This document shows positions 37,101 to 52,011 of a stretch of DNA of 64,000 nt, piece after piece. The stretch is from Selaginella moellendorffii (taxonomy: Eukaryota; Plantae; Lycopodiophyta): NCBI RefSeq assembly GCF_000143415.4, contig NW_003314268.1:729378-793377 (forward strand), in the 5' to 3' direction. A program made the position numbers and the translations under genes. Below the pieces are notes generated by a model. It made no database searches. It had not been told where the DNA came from and was given only the letters and a program-made list of their open reading frames with translations. Position 1 is the first letter of the stretch; the number at the start of each line of letters is the position of its first letter.

Positions 37101-38921
37101 TAGAGTGGGTAATTGCTGAAACAAAGAGAAATGGGAAAGAAAACAAGAGATGGAAATAAAAAATAAAATAAAGATGAAAGTAGAAGATGGGAAAGGAGTT
37201 TAAAGTGCAAAGATACAAGGAAAACCCAATGGGAAACTATGTATTTGAATTAGATACTCAAGAAAGTAGGAAAAAAGGGAAAAATGAGAAGAAAAGAGTA
37301 AAAAAACCAAATGGAAAGAAGCTCAAACACTCTGGAAAGTGAATATGCAAATGCAACCTCAAGCTCATGTAGTTTGTGCTCAAAACTTTGGCTGAGAATG
37401 AAGAAGAAAGCATAGGGACTGTATTGCCTAATGGTGGTAACTATGAAATAGAAGACGAATTATAATGGAATAAAGTGATGATAGGGGATTTTGGTAGATG
37501 GATGATATGATTGAGTGTGTCCAAGGATGGGCTCTAATCTGATGTAGTGAAATGTGAAGTCATAGCTACTGCTCACACCAAAAACTGCTGGACTATTGCT
37601 CAAGGATGCCCTTTGCAATCAGGCTATTCTACTAGAAGAAGGAATCAGTTCTAAAAAGAAGAAAGTTGCAGTATGTGACTAGTTCATTGAATATCTCACA
37701 TGTTGTGCATGAGAATATCTTGATTTGTGTTTTTGCTTGTCTCGAAGAGCCTTTATGATGAAGTGTTGTCCACAAATGTCTAGTATGAATGGATGATGAA
37801 TGGTGGAAAATGTGAAAGATATTATTAGGTATGTGTAGTGTGTGGTAGAGAATTCTAGAGTATAGATGATATAGAATGGTGATGAAAATGTGAGGATGGA
37901 ACTGATGTAGGGAAAAAAACTAAAGAAATGAAGCACAAATCAACAAGAGTCGAGAAATTTTCATACAATCAATAATGCAGCTAGAGCGTGTTCATTAAAA
38001 GAGACTTTCTCCACATAATTCCTTGACCTGAAAAAAGATGTAAAAAGAGTGAGAGCAGAAAGAAAAACAAAAAAAAAAAAAAAAGTAAAAAAATAAGTGC
38101 AAGTGGCTTTTGTGATGGGTGATGATGATGGAAGCATCAAAAGGATGCAAGGAATCCTATAAAAGGCCTAGAATGCCGCTGAAACTAACTTAGTCACCCT
38201 CAAGTGTTAGATTGCATCGAAAATGCCTAAGGTGGTGAATAATGTCACTGTAAAAGAATCTAGGATGCTAGAACTGCTTGGAAGGATGGGAGCCTCCTGA
38301 GGATGATAGAAAGTGTCCCCAAGGACCTATGGAAGTCATCATGTGTCGCTGATGAATATCTGGTGGTTGAGTGAAGTGTCAATAGTGTCAGAGAATGCTT
38401 CGAGTGTTGTAGCAGGAGAAGTTGAGAAGTTGAGAAGTGTTGAGAAGTTGGGATCCAGCCATGAACCTAAGTTTGGGAAGAGCTGAGATGAGGTGCCAAG
38501 TTGGGAGAAACTCCAAGGAAAAGTCGAGATGCTGCTAGAAAACACCTGCCACCTTTATGTCATAGTCGTATCCCAAGTGAATAGCAAGGTTGGACTGCAA
38601 GTTTGGGGTGAGAAGTGCCACCAAGAGTGTAGTCACTAAGCTAGAAAGTCAAAAGTGTACTCAAAAGTGTTGATGTAGTCCAATCCATGTTGAAGAAGTC
38701 AATCATATTGTAGTCAACAACTTGGATCTCCAACAGCGTGTCATCCTCGATAAGTTTCAGGAAAAAAACCTTGAGAGCCTAATCAACTTCAATAATGGAA
38801 GAAGCATCCACTTGAGACAAGCTATATGGAAGTAGAGAATGACCATGGGTATTGAGAAGAGTTGCTACCATAGATGCTGTCAGTAATCGTTGATTCTCCC
38901 TTGGCCCAAGTTGTCATGTAG

Positions 38922-41900
38922 TTGGCTGCAAGGATTGGTCAACTGGAGGCCAGTGCTCGGACTCTAGCATCGGAGAAGCCAACTCTCAAGAGTCAAATCC
39001 AGAAGTTGGATCTCCAAGCAAGTTGAGCAGCACAGGAGGAGGTCACTAAAGCTATAGACCAGTTAAGTCGAGAGAAGATCGACCTTCTCGAGGACTCGAC
39101 TCCAAAGATTTGCAACTGTCCAAGACGTGAAAACAGTGCGTGACGACTGTGTCTCAGGGCTCCAGGCGGAGAAGTCCATCACACTTCATGCGTCTAAACA
39201 GGCCAGCAACCAGCCTCCACACTCTTCTAAGTCAAGAGAAGATCAATGGATCAAGTTTGACTACACTCTACAGTGTCTGGAGCAAGGAGGGATCTATCTT
39301 ATCAGCTTTCCAGTCTATGGAGATGAGACAGGAGATGCTGCGGTATAATGTTCACAGCTTGAAGGAATAGTAGCAAGGGAACGACTGCAACGAGATGGTG
39401 ATAGTGACAATATGATATAGCTGAAGCTGCTCGTGACAGTGGGGGTATTTGGATTCACAGAGAGGGCTGCAGAGACTATAAGACAGACTACGCTCGACGT
39501 TCTCTGTCATCTGGTAGAGCTCTCTAGTTGACGGAGACTTTGAAAACGGGTCAGGGCTGTCCAGGAATGCTCGTACAGCTGCTCGGATGAAAGTATCAGT
39601 AAAGAACTCAGTGTCAGATTGCTTCAAGGGAAATCAAATCCAAAAGTTGGAGTGGGAAAACTCGGAGCTGTGGCCAAATATCCAAGCAAGTCGAGCACCA
39701 CAGTAGCAGGTCACTAAAGCGTCAAGTCTGAGCTAGAGACCAGTCTCCACACTCCAGTCGAGGGAAGATCAACGACTGGAATTGAAAGTTTCGGAAGATG
39801 GTGGCCGAGATGGAGAGTCGAAAGCGGCGGTTGACGAGGCTCCAGGCAGAGGGAAGTGCAGCAGAGTCCATCAAATTTCCGCATCTAAACAGGCTAGAGA
39901 CCCGCCTCCATACTCTTCTAAGTCAAGAGAAGATCAATGGATCAAGTTGGGCTACACTCTACAGTGTCTGGAGCAGGAGGAATCTATCTTATCAGCTTTC
40001 CAGTGGATGGAGATGATTCAGGAGCGCCTGCTGCGGTAAGGCTGTCCATGATAGTAGCGAGGAACGACGTAAACCAGTGTCAGATGGCTGCAAGATGGCG
40101 AGAAGACGATATAGCTGAAACTGCTCGTGACTGGGGTTTCGGATGGCTGTGGAGACTATAAGACAGACTACGCTAGACGTTCTCTGTCATCTGGTGGAAT
40201 GAGGGAAGTGTTCGGACAGGAGTTCTTGAAGGAGAAGCCCCAGTGGATAATGGCTGACGGAGTCGAATCCGCTGCACGAGGTGGAGCTCTCGGCGAGAGC
40301 ACGTGATGGCGGAGTTTGGAAGCGCAAAGGCGAGGCTGGAGAAGCAAGTAACTGGCAGCTGATGGAGAGGATCACGGGACTCGAGGCGCTGGAGGAGAGA
40401 GAGACGTGCCAGATGCACAGCGAAGCTTTGGGCGAGGAGCTCTGAAGGATGAAGAAGACAAGCCGAGGAGAACCGATGTGAGAGCACATGGAGCGCCGCG
40501 CTCCAGAGGTTTGACAGATCAGATGGACGCTACATGCGACAAGAAGGAGCATCTGGCTTCGCAGGAAGCTGTGTTTTTGCATGCTTCCGCTCAAGCTTCT
40601 CAGCACGATCAAGGCCTGAAGTGGCGGAAGCATTCCCTAACTGCTAGAGGTTCTAAGCATGTCGAAGAAACGAGAATGGAAGTTCAAGAAGTAACCAGCT
40701 CTCGAGAGTCAAATACAGAACAGAGGTGCAAGCCAAGTACTGTCAGCTCGAGCAGCGCAGGGAAGCAGTAGCAAGCCTCCAAAGCGCCAGAGACCAGTCT
40801 CCACACTTCTAAGTCAAGAGAAGATCAACCTCTTCGAGGAGATATCCTCCCTCGACTCCAAAGTTTCGGAGATATCTTGATCAATCGGGAGATAGCAGAT
40901 AATTTTGTCAAGATCTGGGCTTCTCAAGCGGAGCTCGCCGAGACGGTGCCCGAGATCGGAGCAGTCAGCCAGCCGAGTGGAGAAGAGTCCATCAAACGTT
41001 GGCGTGGGAACAGCGAGATGAAGGAGAAGATGAGATGCCAAGACGGATCAAAGACAAAGCTCTCTAGTTGACGGAAACGGGACGAGAGCTTCAATGCTGT
41101 CCAGGATCACTCTTACAGGTGCTTGGATGATAGAAGATGATGATGGCAAGATGATCTCAAACTCGAAGAAACTGCTTGTGGCGGCGGAGCCAGAGGTTCG
41201 GCTTCACAAAGACTGAAAAACGGCTGATGTTCGCCCCTGACATGCGGAGACTACAAGAGCTGGAGTGAACTCTAAGACGAAGCAACAGTCATAAAGACAG
41301 AAGATCGGACGAGTTTCATGGAACGTGGAAGCTGGTGCAAAGCGATTCAGAGGTTCAATGGCCACCTTTACAATCGAGAAATGTGGACTGAGGGTACGTA
41401 GAGTCATTCGTTTTTTCCTCTTCCATTCATTTCATCCGTGTTGTTAAACAGAAGAAGCAAGCTGCAGCGACACACAAATTGTGATGGTAGCTCCTTTAGT
41501 ATCAGCAACAAATCCTATGGTATTTTTTTTGTTTTTTAATTTTCTCCTCTGGTGGAATATCTTCTGAGCTCCAACTTGGTCCAGATCGTAGGAGGCCGTC
41601 TCTTCGAGACTAAATAAATAAAACATCTCAGAGACTACGCTAAGGAGCTGCTTATTCTGGCCAACTTGTGAGTAAATAACCTTGAGAGATTATGTTTCTT
41701 TTCTATTTGGAAAATAGTCTGACTGCCAACTTGGTCCAGATCGTAGCAGGCCGCCAGAAGAATATGAAAATGAGGGTGGAGCAGGACTTGAAGCAGCGAA
41801 AGATAAAACCAGCGTCAGAGATCATAAGAATCGAGCAAGTGGGAATGGAAAACTGTAAGATGATTTTAAAACTTGGAGAGAAAGGGAGCAGGCTGAAACA

Positions 41901-42080
41901 GCTAAGATCGAGCAGCAAAGATTGAGCAGCTTAAAGACGAAAAATTTCTTAAACCAAGCAGGGGTAGCAGGTTGAAAAATCGAAGTTTTAAGTTCGCCCA
42001 GCAGAGTAGGGGCAGCAGCTTCAAAAAGAAAAGTGGAAGCAGCTAAAGAGCAGTGACAAGTTTGATCGAGCAGCAGAATA
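38922..42080 (+). pseudogene. Copy C of the coiled-coil pseudogene, 5'-truncated by the inversion junction
   Basis: Inverted match with several short indels; introns 41394-41451 (58 nt) and 41668-41717 (50 nt); lacks both upstream ORFs. Confidence 0.65.
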
Positions 42081-44446
42081 GTTCAGACTCGTGATAGTTT
42101 TTTTCATATCATTTTCTTTGATTTAGCTGTAAAAACGATGATTTAATGTTCATAATGTTTGAATCTCTGAAAGGTCCGAGATCCGACTTGCAACAAGATG
42201 ATACCTAGAGCACGCTAGGGCTTGGCGGCATGGCCGCTTGGCAAGGCATCCCCCGAAAAACTCGTGAACTTTACCATGTAGGCCGAGTATTTGCAATTTG
42301 TAGACTTGTCTCTAACATCGTGGATCTTCTTGTACGTTTGCAAGGATTCCTGATCAGTTTGTCCCCGTAACTTGATTAGAAAATGGAAAAACAAATCCAG
42401 CTCAGGAAAATAAGATCTTACATAGTTTGCTCCAGAGGCATTACCATCACATAGCATGTAAATTTGAACCGACCCGACCAAATGAACGATCTTCAATCCA
42501 CTGGGAGTTTAGCAACTCCACCTGTGAAATAAAAAGAAGTAAACAAGAACCTCCAGTGGTTCTGGGAAAAAGCAAAATCACATGAGACTAGAAGAATTCC
42601 AAAGCCTTTGAAGACGTGCACGTTGATAAAGGACGCTTTGCCTTAAATCTCCTGCTGGACTGTGGGGTAACGATGGTGATAGCGAAGGTGTTCGACTTTC
42701 TAGGCACCCAGGCACACGACACCACGACACCACGTTAGAGCAAGAACTCAGGAGCTAATATGTACGCACCTCCAGTTGTTCCATATGGTATAAAGCCATT
42801 TGACTTGGTCTAGAAGGTCATAAGCGGATGAAAAGGGAAAAGGCTTGCCCACCTCCTTCCAGACAGTCAAAGTTGTTACTATTGTATGGGAAAAAAACTA
42901 AATTTCTGCACGTCGCCACCAATCAAACTTGTAAGATTGCTGTTCGTGAGCATCAAAGAAAGCTTCAAATTGTGAACGAGAGTCTAAAGGCCATCGCACT
43001 TGTAACAATTGGCAAGAGACTTCCCTTCACCTCTGCAATTTCTTGCAGTTTGATAGATAGATCAGCATTGCAACATTTTACCAGCCTCCACACACAAGCA
43101 CTCTTTTAGATACTCTTGTATAGGAAATTGATAAGTAGAAACACTTGTCTTCATTTGGTTATTATAAATAAAAGTTCCTACTAAATACTGATTAAATTGA
43201 GAATTGTAATCCAAGTAGAAATTTGATTATTAATTGATTCTTTTTACTCTTTACATTTGGCCTTTGACATTTTCCTTTATTTAGTTATTATGTTGCAAGT
43301 TTATATTTTTATGGGTTCTTAAAATCTATGAAATCAAGAATGCTAATATTTAAAGAAATTTTTTATTGGTAATAAAGTTTTATTAGTCTCACTATTTTAT
43401 GTTTTTTGAGAAAATATTATAATTTAATATATATTTAGTTACACACACACACACACACACAATATAAAGTTGTTCTTAAAGTATAACACCAGACTGGTAT
43501 ACAACTACTAAATTTTTTACAATTGCATTAGCTGAGAATAATATATATTTTATCTAAAAAATATTAAAATAATGATATTTTAAAATTCTCAATATACCAA
43601 TTAATGTCAAAAACTTTATAGTAATTTTACAATAAAATTAATAAAAAACTTATATTTTAAATAAATAAAAATGGATTTAAAATTAGATTAAAGATATAGT
43701 TTTTTAAAATAGGATATTTATGTGAAGCAAAAACTCCAACAACACCAACATGAGTGAGTACAAAGAAGCACTGCTGCCTAAAGATTAAAAATTCCCTACT
43801 ATAATGTTAATTATCATGGCTATGTAGAGGTTTGTCCTCAACACCGACATAATTAGCAATGCCAATATTATTTTCTATCACAACACTCACTTACTCAATT
43901 ATTCTTTACTTTTCCTAAGGCTTTCTTTTGTATTTTCTCTCCCTCTCCCATCAATATTACTATTGTCCTTTAATCCTTTATGGTGGAAAATTGCCCAAGG
44001 GATCAAAGAAAAGTTAGATTAACATTGCTGATTGAAATGTTTGGAAAAGTAAGAAAATCAAAGCCTTTGTGTTTTTAATTGCTTCTTTGTTCTTCATACT
44101 TCAACTATAGTTTAGTGTTTTGCCTATAGATGTCATAACTAGAAGAGATCTTGTAGATGGTATGTGTTCAATATTTTATTTATTGTGTAATGTTTGGTCT
44201 TAACACCTAGGTGAATTTGGTGAATTGGCTAGAAAAAAGTCATAGAGTTAAAAGTCACATGCTTGTATTATAGACTCATGACAATCATGAGGAATTGAGT
44301 GCTCTTAGATTTTAGAAAAAACCCCTTGAGGGACTAGTGAGTCCAACCAACTTTATTATAAGAGCACTTCTAAATACCAATAGACTAGTGAGTTTGGCCA
44401 GCTTGACTAGAAGAACTTGACAAAGATGCTAGAATCTCCAGAACAC

Positions 44447-45532
44447 TGAAAGAATGGAGAGTTCTTTTTAGGAAATTGAGAGAAATCTTGAGTTCTAGGG
44501 GTTAGATTCATATTCTTAGAGACCCTAGGACCATTAGGGGTTTTGACTTCCATGAATCTAGAGTGTAAGTTTAAAGATTTTTCTCGTTCTTGCATTAATT
44601 TTCTACATTACTTCTTTCCACTTGGTTTTCTAGTGATTTCTCGTGATTAGTGTATTGATTTTGGTTTTTCTTTCTTTGGGTCGATGCGACTTGGCATCCT
44701 CTTTCCAAAAAGCTAAAGAGCACCTTGTTTTGTGGAGGATTCAATTGCTAATTTAATGAAATTTTATCCATCACGCTCTGTTTTTCACGGCAAATTTTCA
44801 ACACTTTAAGCTCGCGATTTTGGGACTGATTCAAGAATTTCTTTTTCTAGACATGTAAATCTAAAGACAAGCTTTTTGGAGAGTCCTTTCTTGGTAGCTA
44901 ATTCGCTTTAAGCTATGACATGGAGCAGTTTTTCTCTCACAGCGCTTCATAGCTCCAACTTGCAAGTTTCTAACTTAATCTTGAGGGAATTTGAGGTGTC
45001 ATTCTCATGGAAATCATTACGGCCATGTTATTACCTTTTACCAATGTTAAAAATGAGTGTTTCTTGTACTAGGGAGTGCATTTTCTTTTGTTTTCCTTCT
45101 TATTGTCTAGAATTTAATATTTGAATCAGTTTTTTTTTTAGATTTTAGGCATTTTAACTCATGGTTTTGGTTTCATTCTCTTGGTTTGAGTATAAAATTT
45201 TAAACAAGTCCATCCACACTTATTTTTGTGTGCAAAGTCAAGAGATTTCCATGCAAATGTTTTCCTCTTAGGCATTTTGAGTATTGGAGTTTAATTTTTC
45301 TTTTTTCCCCCTTTCCTTTGCAAGATTTTTTTTTTTTTTTTGTTGTGAGAAATTGGCATTTGCAGGAGTGAGAGTGATTTTAGTTGGGAAAATCTACATG
45401 AGGATACTCTTTTATTTGGAGTTATCCCATCTAAATACTTTACTCTCACACAAGTCAGAGTCCTTAGTGTGTTGTACTTTCCACGACCTGGCATCTGCTG
45501 CACACACTTTATGCTAGTTTGCACTTGTTCCA
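44447..45532 (+). mobile_element. Putative 5' LTR of the gag-bearing gypsy element
   Basis: Begins tgaaa exactly where homology to A stops and ends ttcca ~200 bp before gag; no second LTR or clean PBS seen. Confidence 0.4.
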
Positions 45533-45729
45533 GTTAGAGATGGCAACTAGCAAACTTCTATACAGTGCCTAGGGTATGGGGACATTTTTCACACCGTCTA
45601 CAAGAGCTCGATTATCAAACTACTCTTTTTGATGAGGAGGATTCATCATTCATTACAGATATCGAGTTAAGAAGTCCACCATCCATGGCCCTTCTTGCAT
45701 AAATCCACATTCTACAGCGAGGCACTGAC

Positions 45730-46560
45730 TTGACATACTTATCTGGCAATGGTGACATCTTTGATGTCACTCATTTCAAGCAATATTGCATGTCAAATGG
45801 CATCATTGAGGATGATCACAAGCTCTGCAACTTCTTGCAATCGCTCATTGGCCAAGTAGCAACGTGGGTAGAGACAGTCTTGGAGGTAGATATGGCTAAC
45901 TACTCCACATTCAAAGCATCTTTCTAAAGTCACTTTGATCAACAGTGATTAGCAAATCACCTACTCATGGATTTGTTCACTTTTTGGCAAGGAGCATGTG
46001 AATCTGTGCTGGAATATGTGATGTGGTTCAAGTTTTACTGGAAGGAGTGTGTCCAGTGCAAGTTCATCACAAATGAACCTCATGGCATCACTACATTCAT
46101 CTTTGGCCTCAAGGGAAATCTCAAATGCAAGATGCTTAAGCAAGAGTTTTGGATGTGTTATGAGGCAATTGCTGTAGTAGAGACTTTGGAGTGGGATCTT
46201 CTCCAAGATCTCAGGATTCCTAGGGTAGAGGAGGTTTTCCTCCCACCTTCAGATGAGAGCTCGTGTGCTACCATGATCCATTCTTCTCCAGCCCCGCACA
46301 ATGATGATAGAGTTCCCTCAATGATTGAGAAGGCATTGTCGAAGTATGCAAGAAACAAGGAGATTATCTAGCAGCAACGATAAATGCAAGAGAAGCTACT
46401 TGAGGAGCTTAGAGCATGCCGCTTACAGTAGGCAGAGAGACTGAGATGCCCTCTTCATTCTTGGTACTACTTGCATTGTGATGTTATGATACATAGCATA
46501 GAGAGATGTTGGAAGCTTCACTTGGAACTTCGACTACCTTCTGTCCAGCATGTTCAACAG
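45730..46560 (+). pseudogene. gag: Degenerate Ty3/gypsy gag (retrotransposon gag domain plus CCHC knuckle)
   Basis: FLQSLIGQVATW, WQGACESVLEYVMWF, FIFGLKGNLK, YLHCDVMIHSIERCW; internal stops. Confidence 0.82.
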
Positions 46561-49500
46561 TAACTTCTACCAGACAACATATTTCTTCCATGGCTAGAGA
46601 TAGATACCAGCAACAACTGAAGTAGAAAGCGATTGAAGACACCCCTTTGTCAAGCCGTGGAAAGACACTAATGCATGTCAACATAGTTTATGTTGTAGAG
46701 AACGATTATAAGATGGCTGCTATGACTCAAGGGTGCAAGAAGGTTTCTCCTTTAGCCCCACATATTGACGGTGAGCAGGATCCAGCTCTAGTTTCTAAAA
46801 CTTCCCCATCTCTCATGGCATGCAAGTTACCCCATGTTTTAGTATTTGCAACCCCACCCACATCCTTGGCCACAACTTCAAATTCAACAACTGGATATTC
46901 ATCCAACTTTCAATATGGGGTCTCCCAGTTGCCCTCCACTCTTTCTTAAGTCCCATAAAAGGTTCTTGCTTAGATTGCTGACACTTCAGTCTAGATCACA
47001 CTCGGTGAGTTTTTGCGATATGTACCTGGTTTTACTCTTTAGCTAGAGGCTTTTGCCAAGTCCACAGGCATCCTTGTGGAACATTAGCATGACATGCACA
47101 TCATCAACACTCAAACCACTCATGATCCCGAAGCATTCTTTGTGGAGGTCCACATCAGCGATAGATCTTTGACAGCACAAGCATTACTTGATTCTAGATC
47201 CTAGAGCAACATCATCTCCCTCAACTTCGCACTTTCTAGTGGCTTGGAAGTGGTGAGAAACACAGCTTTCATCCTCAAAATGTTAGCCAATCACTAAATC
47301 GTCCATATAGGCATCTGTTGGGATGTCAAGATCTTGGTTTCCATGCTAAATTTCCTTGTTATGGACTTCGAACAGCTAGGATTTGGGAAGCTGAAGGACT
47401 CCATTATCTTAGGACGGAATTACATGACAACTTGGGCCAAGGGAGAACGAACAATTACCGACAGCATCTATGCAGTAACTCTTCTCAATACCCATGGTTA
47501 TTCTCTACTTCCATCTAGCTTGTCTCAAGTGGATGCTTCTTCCATCATTGAAGTTGACTAGGTTCTTAAGGTTTTTTTCCTTAAACTTATCGAGGATGAC
47601 ACACTGCTGGAGATCTAAGTTGTTGATTGCAATATGATTGACTTCTTCAACATGGACTGGACTACATTAACACTTGACTTTTTTGCCATCACTACACAAG
47701 TCTAGAGATCCCTTGGCTTTAACAAATCTAGGGATTTCACATCAATTCCTTCGCTGCAGCATAGTGAGGAATCTGTCCAAGTGGTGGATTCTCCAAGCAC
47801 TTTTCCAACTCTAGCATTTATATAGTAGTTTTGGAGCTGTTAATGAAATAAGGTCACAAGGCATCAACAACACTTTGGAGAGTATAATGTTTTCACTCTC
47901 TTTGAGTACACTTTTGACTTTCCAACTTAGTGACTACACTCTTGTTGGCACTTCTCACCCCAAACCTACAGTCGAGCCTTGCTACTCACTTGGGATACGA
48001 CTATGATATAAAGGTGGCAGACATTTCCCAGCAGCATCTCAACTTTTCCTTGGAGTTTCTCCCAACTTGGCACCTCATCTCAGCTCTTCCCAAACTTAGG
48101 TTCATGGCTGGATCCCAACTTCAAACTGCTACAACACTCAAAGCATTCTCCAACACTATTGACACTTCACTCAACCACTAGATTTTCATCAGTGACACAT
48201 GATGACTTCCATAGGTCCTTGGGGACACTTTCTACCATCCTCAGGAGGCTCCCATCCTTCCAAGCAGTTCTAGCATCCTAGATTCTCTTACAGTGACATT
48301 ATTCACCACTTTAGGCATTTTCGATGCAATCTAGCACTTGAGGGTCACTAAGCCAGTTTCAGCGGCATTCTAGGCCTTCTATAGGATGCCTTGCATCCTC
48401 TTGGTGCTTCCATCATCATCACCCATCACAAAAGTTGCTTGCACTACTCACTCATTTTTTTTACTTTTTTTGTTTTTTTTGTTTTTCTTTTTGCTCTCAC
48501 TCTTTTTACATCTTTTTTCAGGCCAAAGAATTATGCGGAGAAAGTCTTTTTTGATGAACATGCTCTAGCTACATTATTGATTGTATGAAAATTTCTTGAC
48601 TCTTGTTGATTTGTGCTTCATTTCTTTAGCTTCTTTCGCTACATCAGTTCCATCCTCATATTTTCATCACTATTCTACATCATCTATACTCTAGAATTCT
48701 CTACCACACACTACACATGCCTAATAATATCTTTCACATTTTCCACCATTCATCATCCATTCATACTAGACATTTGTGGACAACACTTCATCATAAGGGC
48801 TCTTCCAGACAAGCAAAAACACAAATCAAGATATTCTCATGCACAATATGTGAGATATTTGTTGAACTAATCATATACTGCAACTTTCTTTTCTTTAGAA
48901 CTAATTTCTTCTTCTAGTTGAAAAGCCTGATTGCAAAGGGCATCCAACTGCTTTCAAAGGTGTGGCTAGCAAAGGCAACACCCTTTTCTTCTAGCTCAAA
49001 TCATAGGTGAAGCAGTTTGCCACCTTTTGAGCAGTAGTCCAGTAGTTTTTGGTGTGAGCAGTAGCTATGATTTCACATTTCACTACATCAGATTAGAGCC
49101 CATCCTTGGACACACTCAATCATATCATCCATTTACCAAAATCCTCTATCATCACTTTCTTCCATTATAATTCATCTTCTATTTCATAGTTACCACCATT
49201 AGACAATACAGTCCTTATGCTTTCTTCTTTATTCTCAGCCAAAGTTTTGAGCATAAACTACATGAGCTTAAGGTTGCATTTGCATATTCACTTTCCAGAG
49301 TGTTTGAACTTATTTCCATTTGGTTTTTTTACTCTTTTCTTCTCATTTTTCCCTCTTTTCCTACTTTCTTGAGTATCTAATTCAACCCCATAGTTTCCCA
49401 CAAGTTTTGCACTTTAAATTCCTTTCCCATCTTCTATTTTCATCTTTATTTTATTTTTTATTTCCATCTCTTGTTTTCTTTCCCATTTCTCTTTGTTTCA

Positions 49501-50484
49501 GCAATTACCCATTCTAGACACTACATTCTAGCACATGGGAGCATCTTAACCATGGGTTCTTGTGCACCAAAGTCTTGTGCACCCACCAATAGTTGCTTGT
49601 TGTAGCACTACCTCATTGCCACCTTCTCCTTGCATCACATGTTGCAACTAAAGAAGCAACTCTTACTCCTAACCCTGCTCTTGCCTCGCTCCTACTCCTA
49701 CTTCTACCCCTATTTTTATTCCTACTCTTACTACTGCTCCTGCTCCCACTACTACTCCTACTCCTACTCCCCGGTTGTAGATATGGGTGTCTTGAGAGAG
49801 AGGGAGGGGGTATTTTGATTCTTAAAATATTCTAAATGATTGTATAAAAATGATGTGAGGGTGAAATATCAAGGGTCCTCCCTATTTTCTCTTGCAATTG
49901 AGTTTGAAACTGTGGCTTTGTGAGTTTATATATGAGGGATGGATCCATAGTTGGGGCTAAAAATGCCCTAATAGATACTCTTTCCACCTTCTGCCTCTGG
50001 GTGCCTTAGCCATGTGGCTAGAGCAAAGTTTTGATGAGCCATGCCAGGTATCCAAGTAAGTAGTGCCACCCACACTTAGATTGGGAGTATCGACTATTCG
50101 AACTCCCGGGGGAGCTAGAGTTGGCTCTTGAATACTTCACGAAGTTACCCCACTTGTCTATCTATATTCACTTTAATCTTGCACTCCTCAATGGTTATAT
50201 CATCACCCACCATGTGGGTATAACCTTCCTTAGCCACATTGGCTTTACTAACCAAACTAGTTCCACTGAAGTCCTCCCCATACTATCCTTTTAGAGCTCA
50301 CTTGGGAAATAATTGCTTTGGGATTTCACCTCGGATTCAGACTCAAACTTGGACTAGGTCTTGGACTCAGTCTGGGTCTCGGCCTCTATCTTGGTCCCAG
50401 TCCCGGTCCCCGTCTTGGGCTCCATTTTGGGCTCCATCTCAGACTCCTTCTTCGACTCTATCTTGGGTCCATCTCGGGTCCATC

Positions 50485-51379
50485 TGTAGCGCACATGAAT
50501 TTGGAGCTGAACTCCAAGCCCATTGTGCTACGATATGAGGGTCTGGTACAATTCCACGAGCATTAACTCCCCGTATCTAGCACCTGCACGCAAAATGGTG
50601 TCAGACAAAGTCTGGCACAATTTTGGCATACCGGTGGCCTAACGCAAGGAGGAGGGTACTCCATCAACTAGAGCAGCGTGGAGCTTGGGCTTAGACCCAA
50701 GCCGGACGCAGAACAAATAGTGACACAGCCCAGTAGGAGCCAAATTAATGTTTCAGGTGGTCGGACATGCATTCCAACCACTATCCCTACTATACATTTG
50801 GAACCCCCATATGCTTTGGGCTTTTACCCAAAGCCTCCCTTAGTATCAGGAGTTAGTCTCTGGGACAAGCTCGAAACTTACTAAATATAGAATGGCGCTA
50901 GATTGCGAATTTGGACATGGGATGAACACCATTGTGTTTAGGCTAATCTGTACATTCCGTAAATATGCCAAATGAGCTAATCTAGACACTTTCTATAAAT
51001 AGCATTTGGGACCGAAATGAGACCAACACAAAGGGCGTGATAGCGAGGGTGTTTGGCAGACACGATAAGCTATCATCTAGCGATATTGAGGGACTAGTCT
51101 CAATACGCGAGGGTTCTTATCACTAGCAAGTGCAAGACAAAATGAGACGGAAACTCCTTACCGGGCTAAGTATGCTTAGCTAATAGCACGTAGGAATGCC
51201 GTCTTTATGCTCGTCCGGTGTAAGTACACTTGAAATGCCCAGTTAACTCCATTAGCATAAAAGGGGCTACTAAAGGGATCCAACTGTACCAATCTCCTGC
51301 CATCATGGTAGTAAGGAAAGAGTGTCCGTAAGGACTGGTCGACAAGTATCTTTCGATACCCGAAGTCACATTCACGACA
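50485..51379 (-). mobile_element. Solo LTR, shorter (895 bp) sibling subfamily, inserted in the 12-bp array of copy C
   Basis: tgtagcgca...cgaca ends; TSD CCATC (50480-50484, 51380-51384); absent from A and B. Confidence 0.9.
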
Positions 51380-52011
51380 CCATCTCGGACTCTTTTTTGG
51401 ACTCCATCTCGCATCTATCTCAAACTCCAATTCAGACTCTATCTTGGACTCTTTCTTGGACTCCATCTTAGGTCCATCTCGGCCTCAATTCTGACACTTC
51501 CACATGTCATATGTTGATCCTCTTGTTTCCCTTTTCTAGAGGCTTGCTTATTGATTGCTTTATGCTTATTCTTTGAGCATTTCAATAGGAGTTTCACTGT
51601 TGCTCTCAACTTTTCGAGTTAAAGCTTTTAGTCCAAATGTGTTATGCTTGTTTGGCTTCCACTTCAGCCACTACCATAATGCACCCTCTTGGCTCCACTC
51701 TAGATAGCTATTGTTTGAGGATGCAAGAAGAGCAAAGATAGAAAGGTTTTAATTTCCCTTAAACTACTTAAGTGGTCTAGAGTTTAGGGCTTAAGGATTT
51801 GTGTCTCATACAAGTGTAGGTGTTACTACCTACTTGGATACTTAGTATGGCTTATTGGAACCTCGCTCTAGCCACATGGCTAGGGCACCTAGAGGTAGAA
51901 GGTGGGGAGAGTACCCACAAGGTTCGCATAGGGTTACAGTGTTTCGAAATATTATCCTAAAGTCCTAGACTGTAGAAAGGAAAAGGAATAATCCTCTTGT
52001 GTGATGACCAA

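Larger units (their letters stand above)
18999..38921 (+). repeat. Segmental duplication unit, copy B (direct; equivalent to A 1-14221 plus an LTR element insertion)
   Basis: Same ORF set at constant offset; shares the solo-LTR and TRIM insertion sites with A. Confidence 0.95.
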
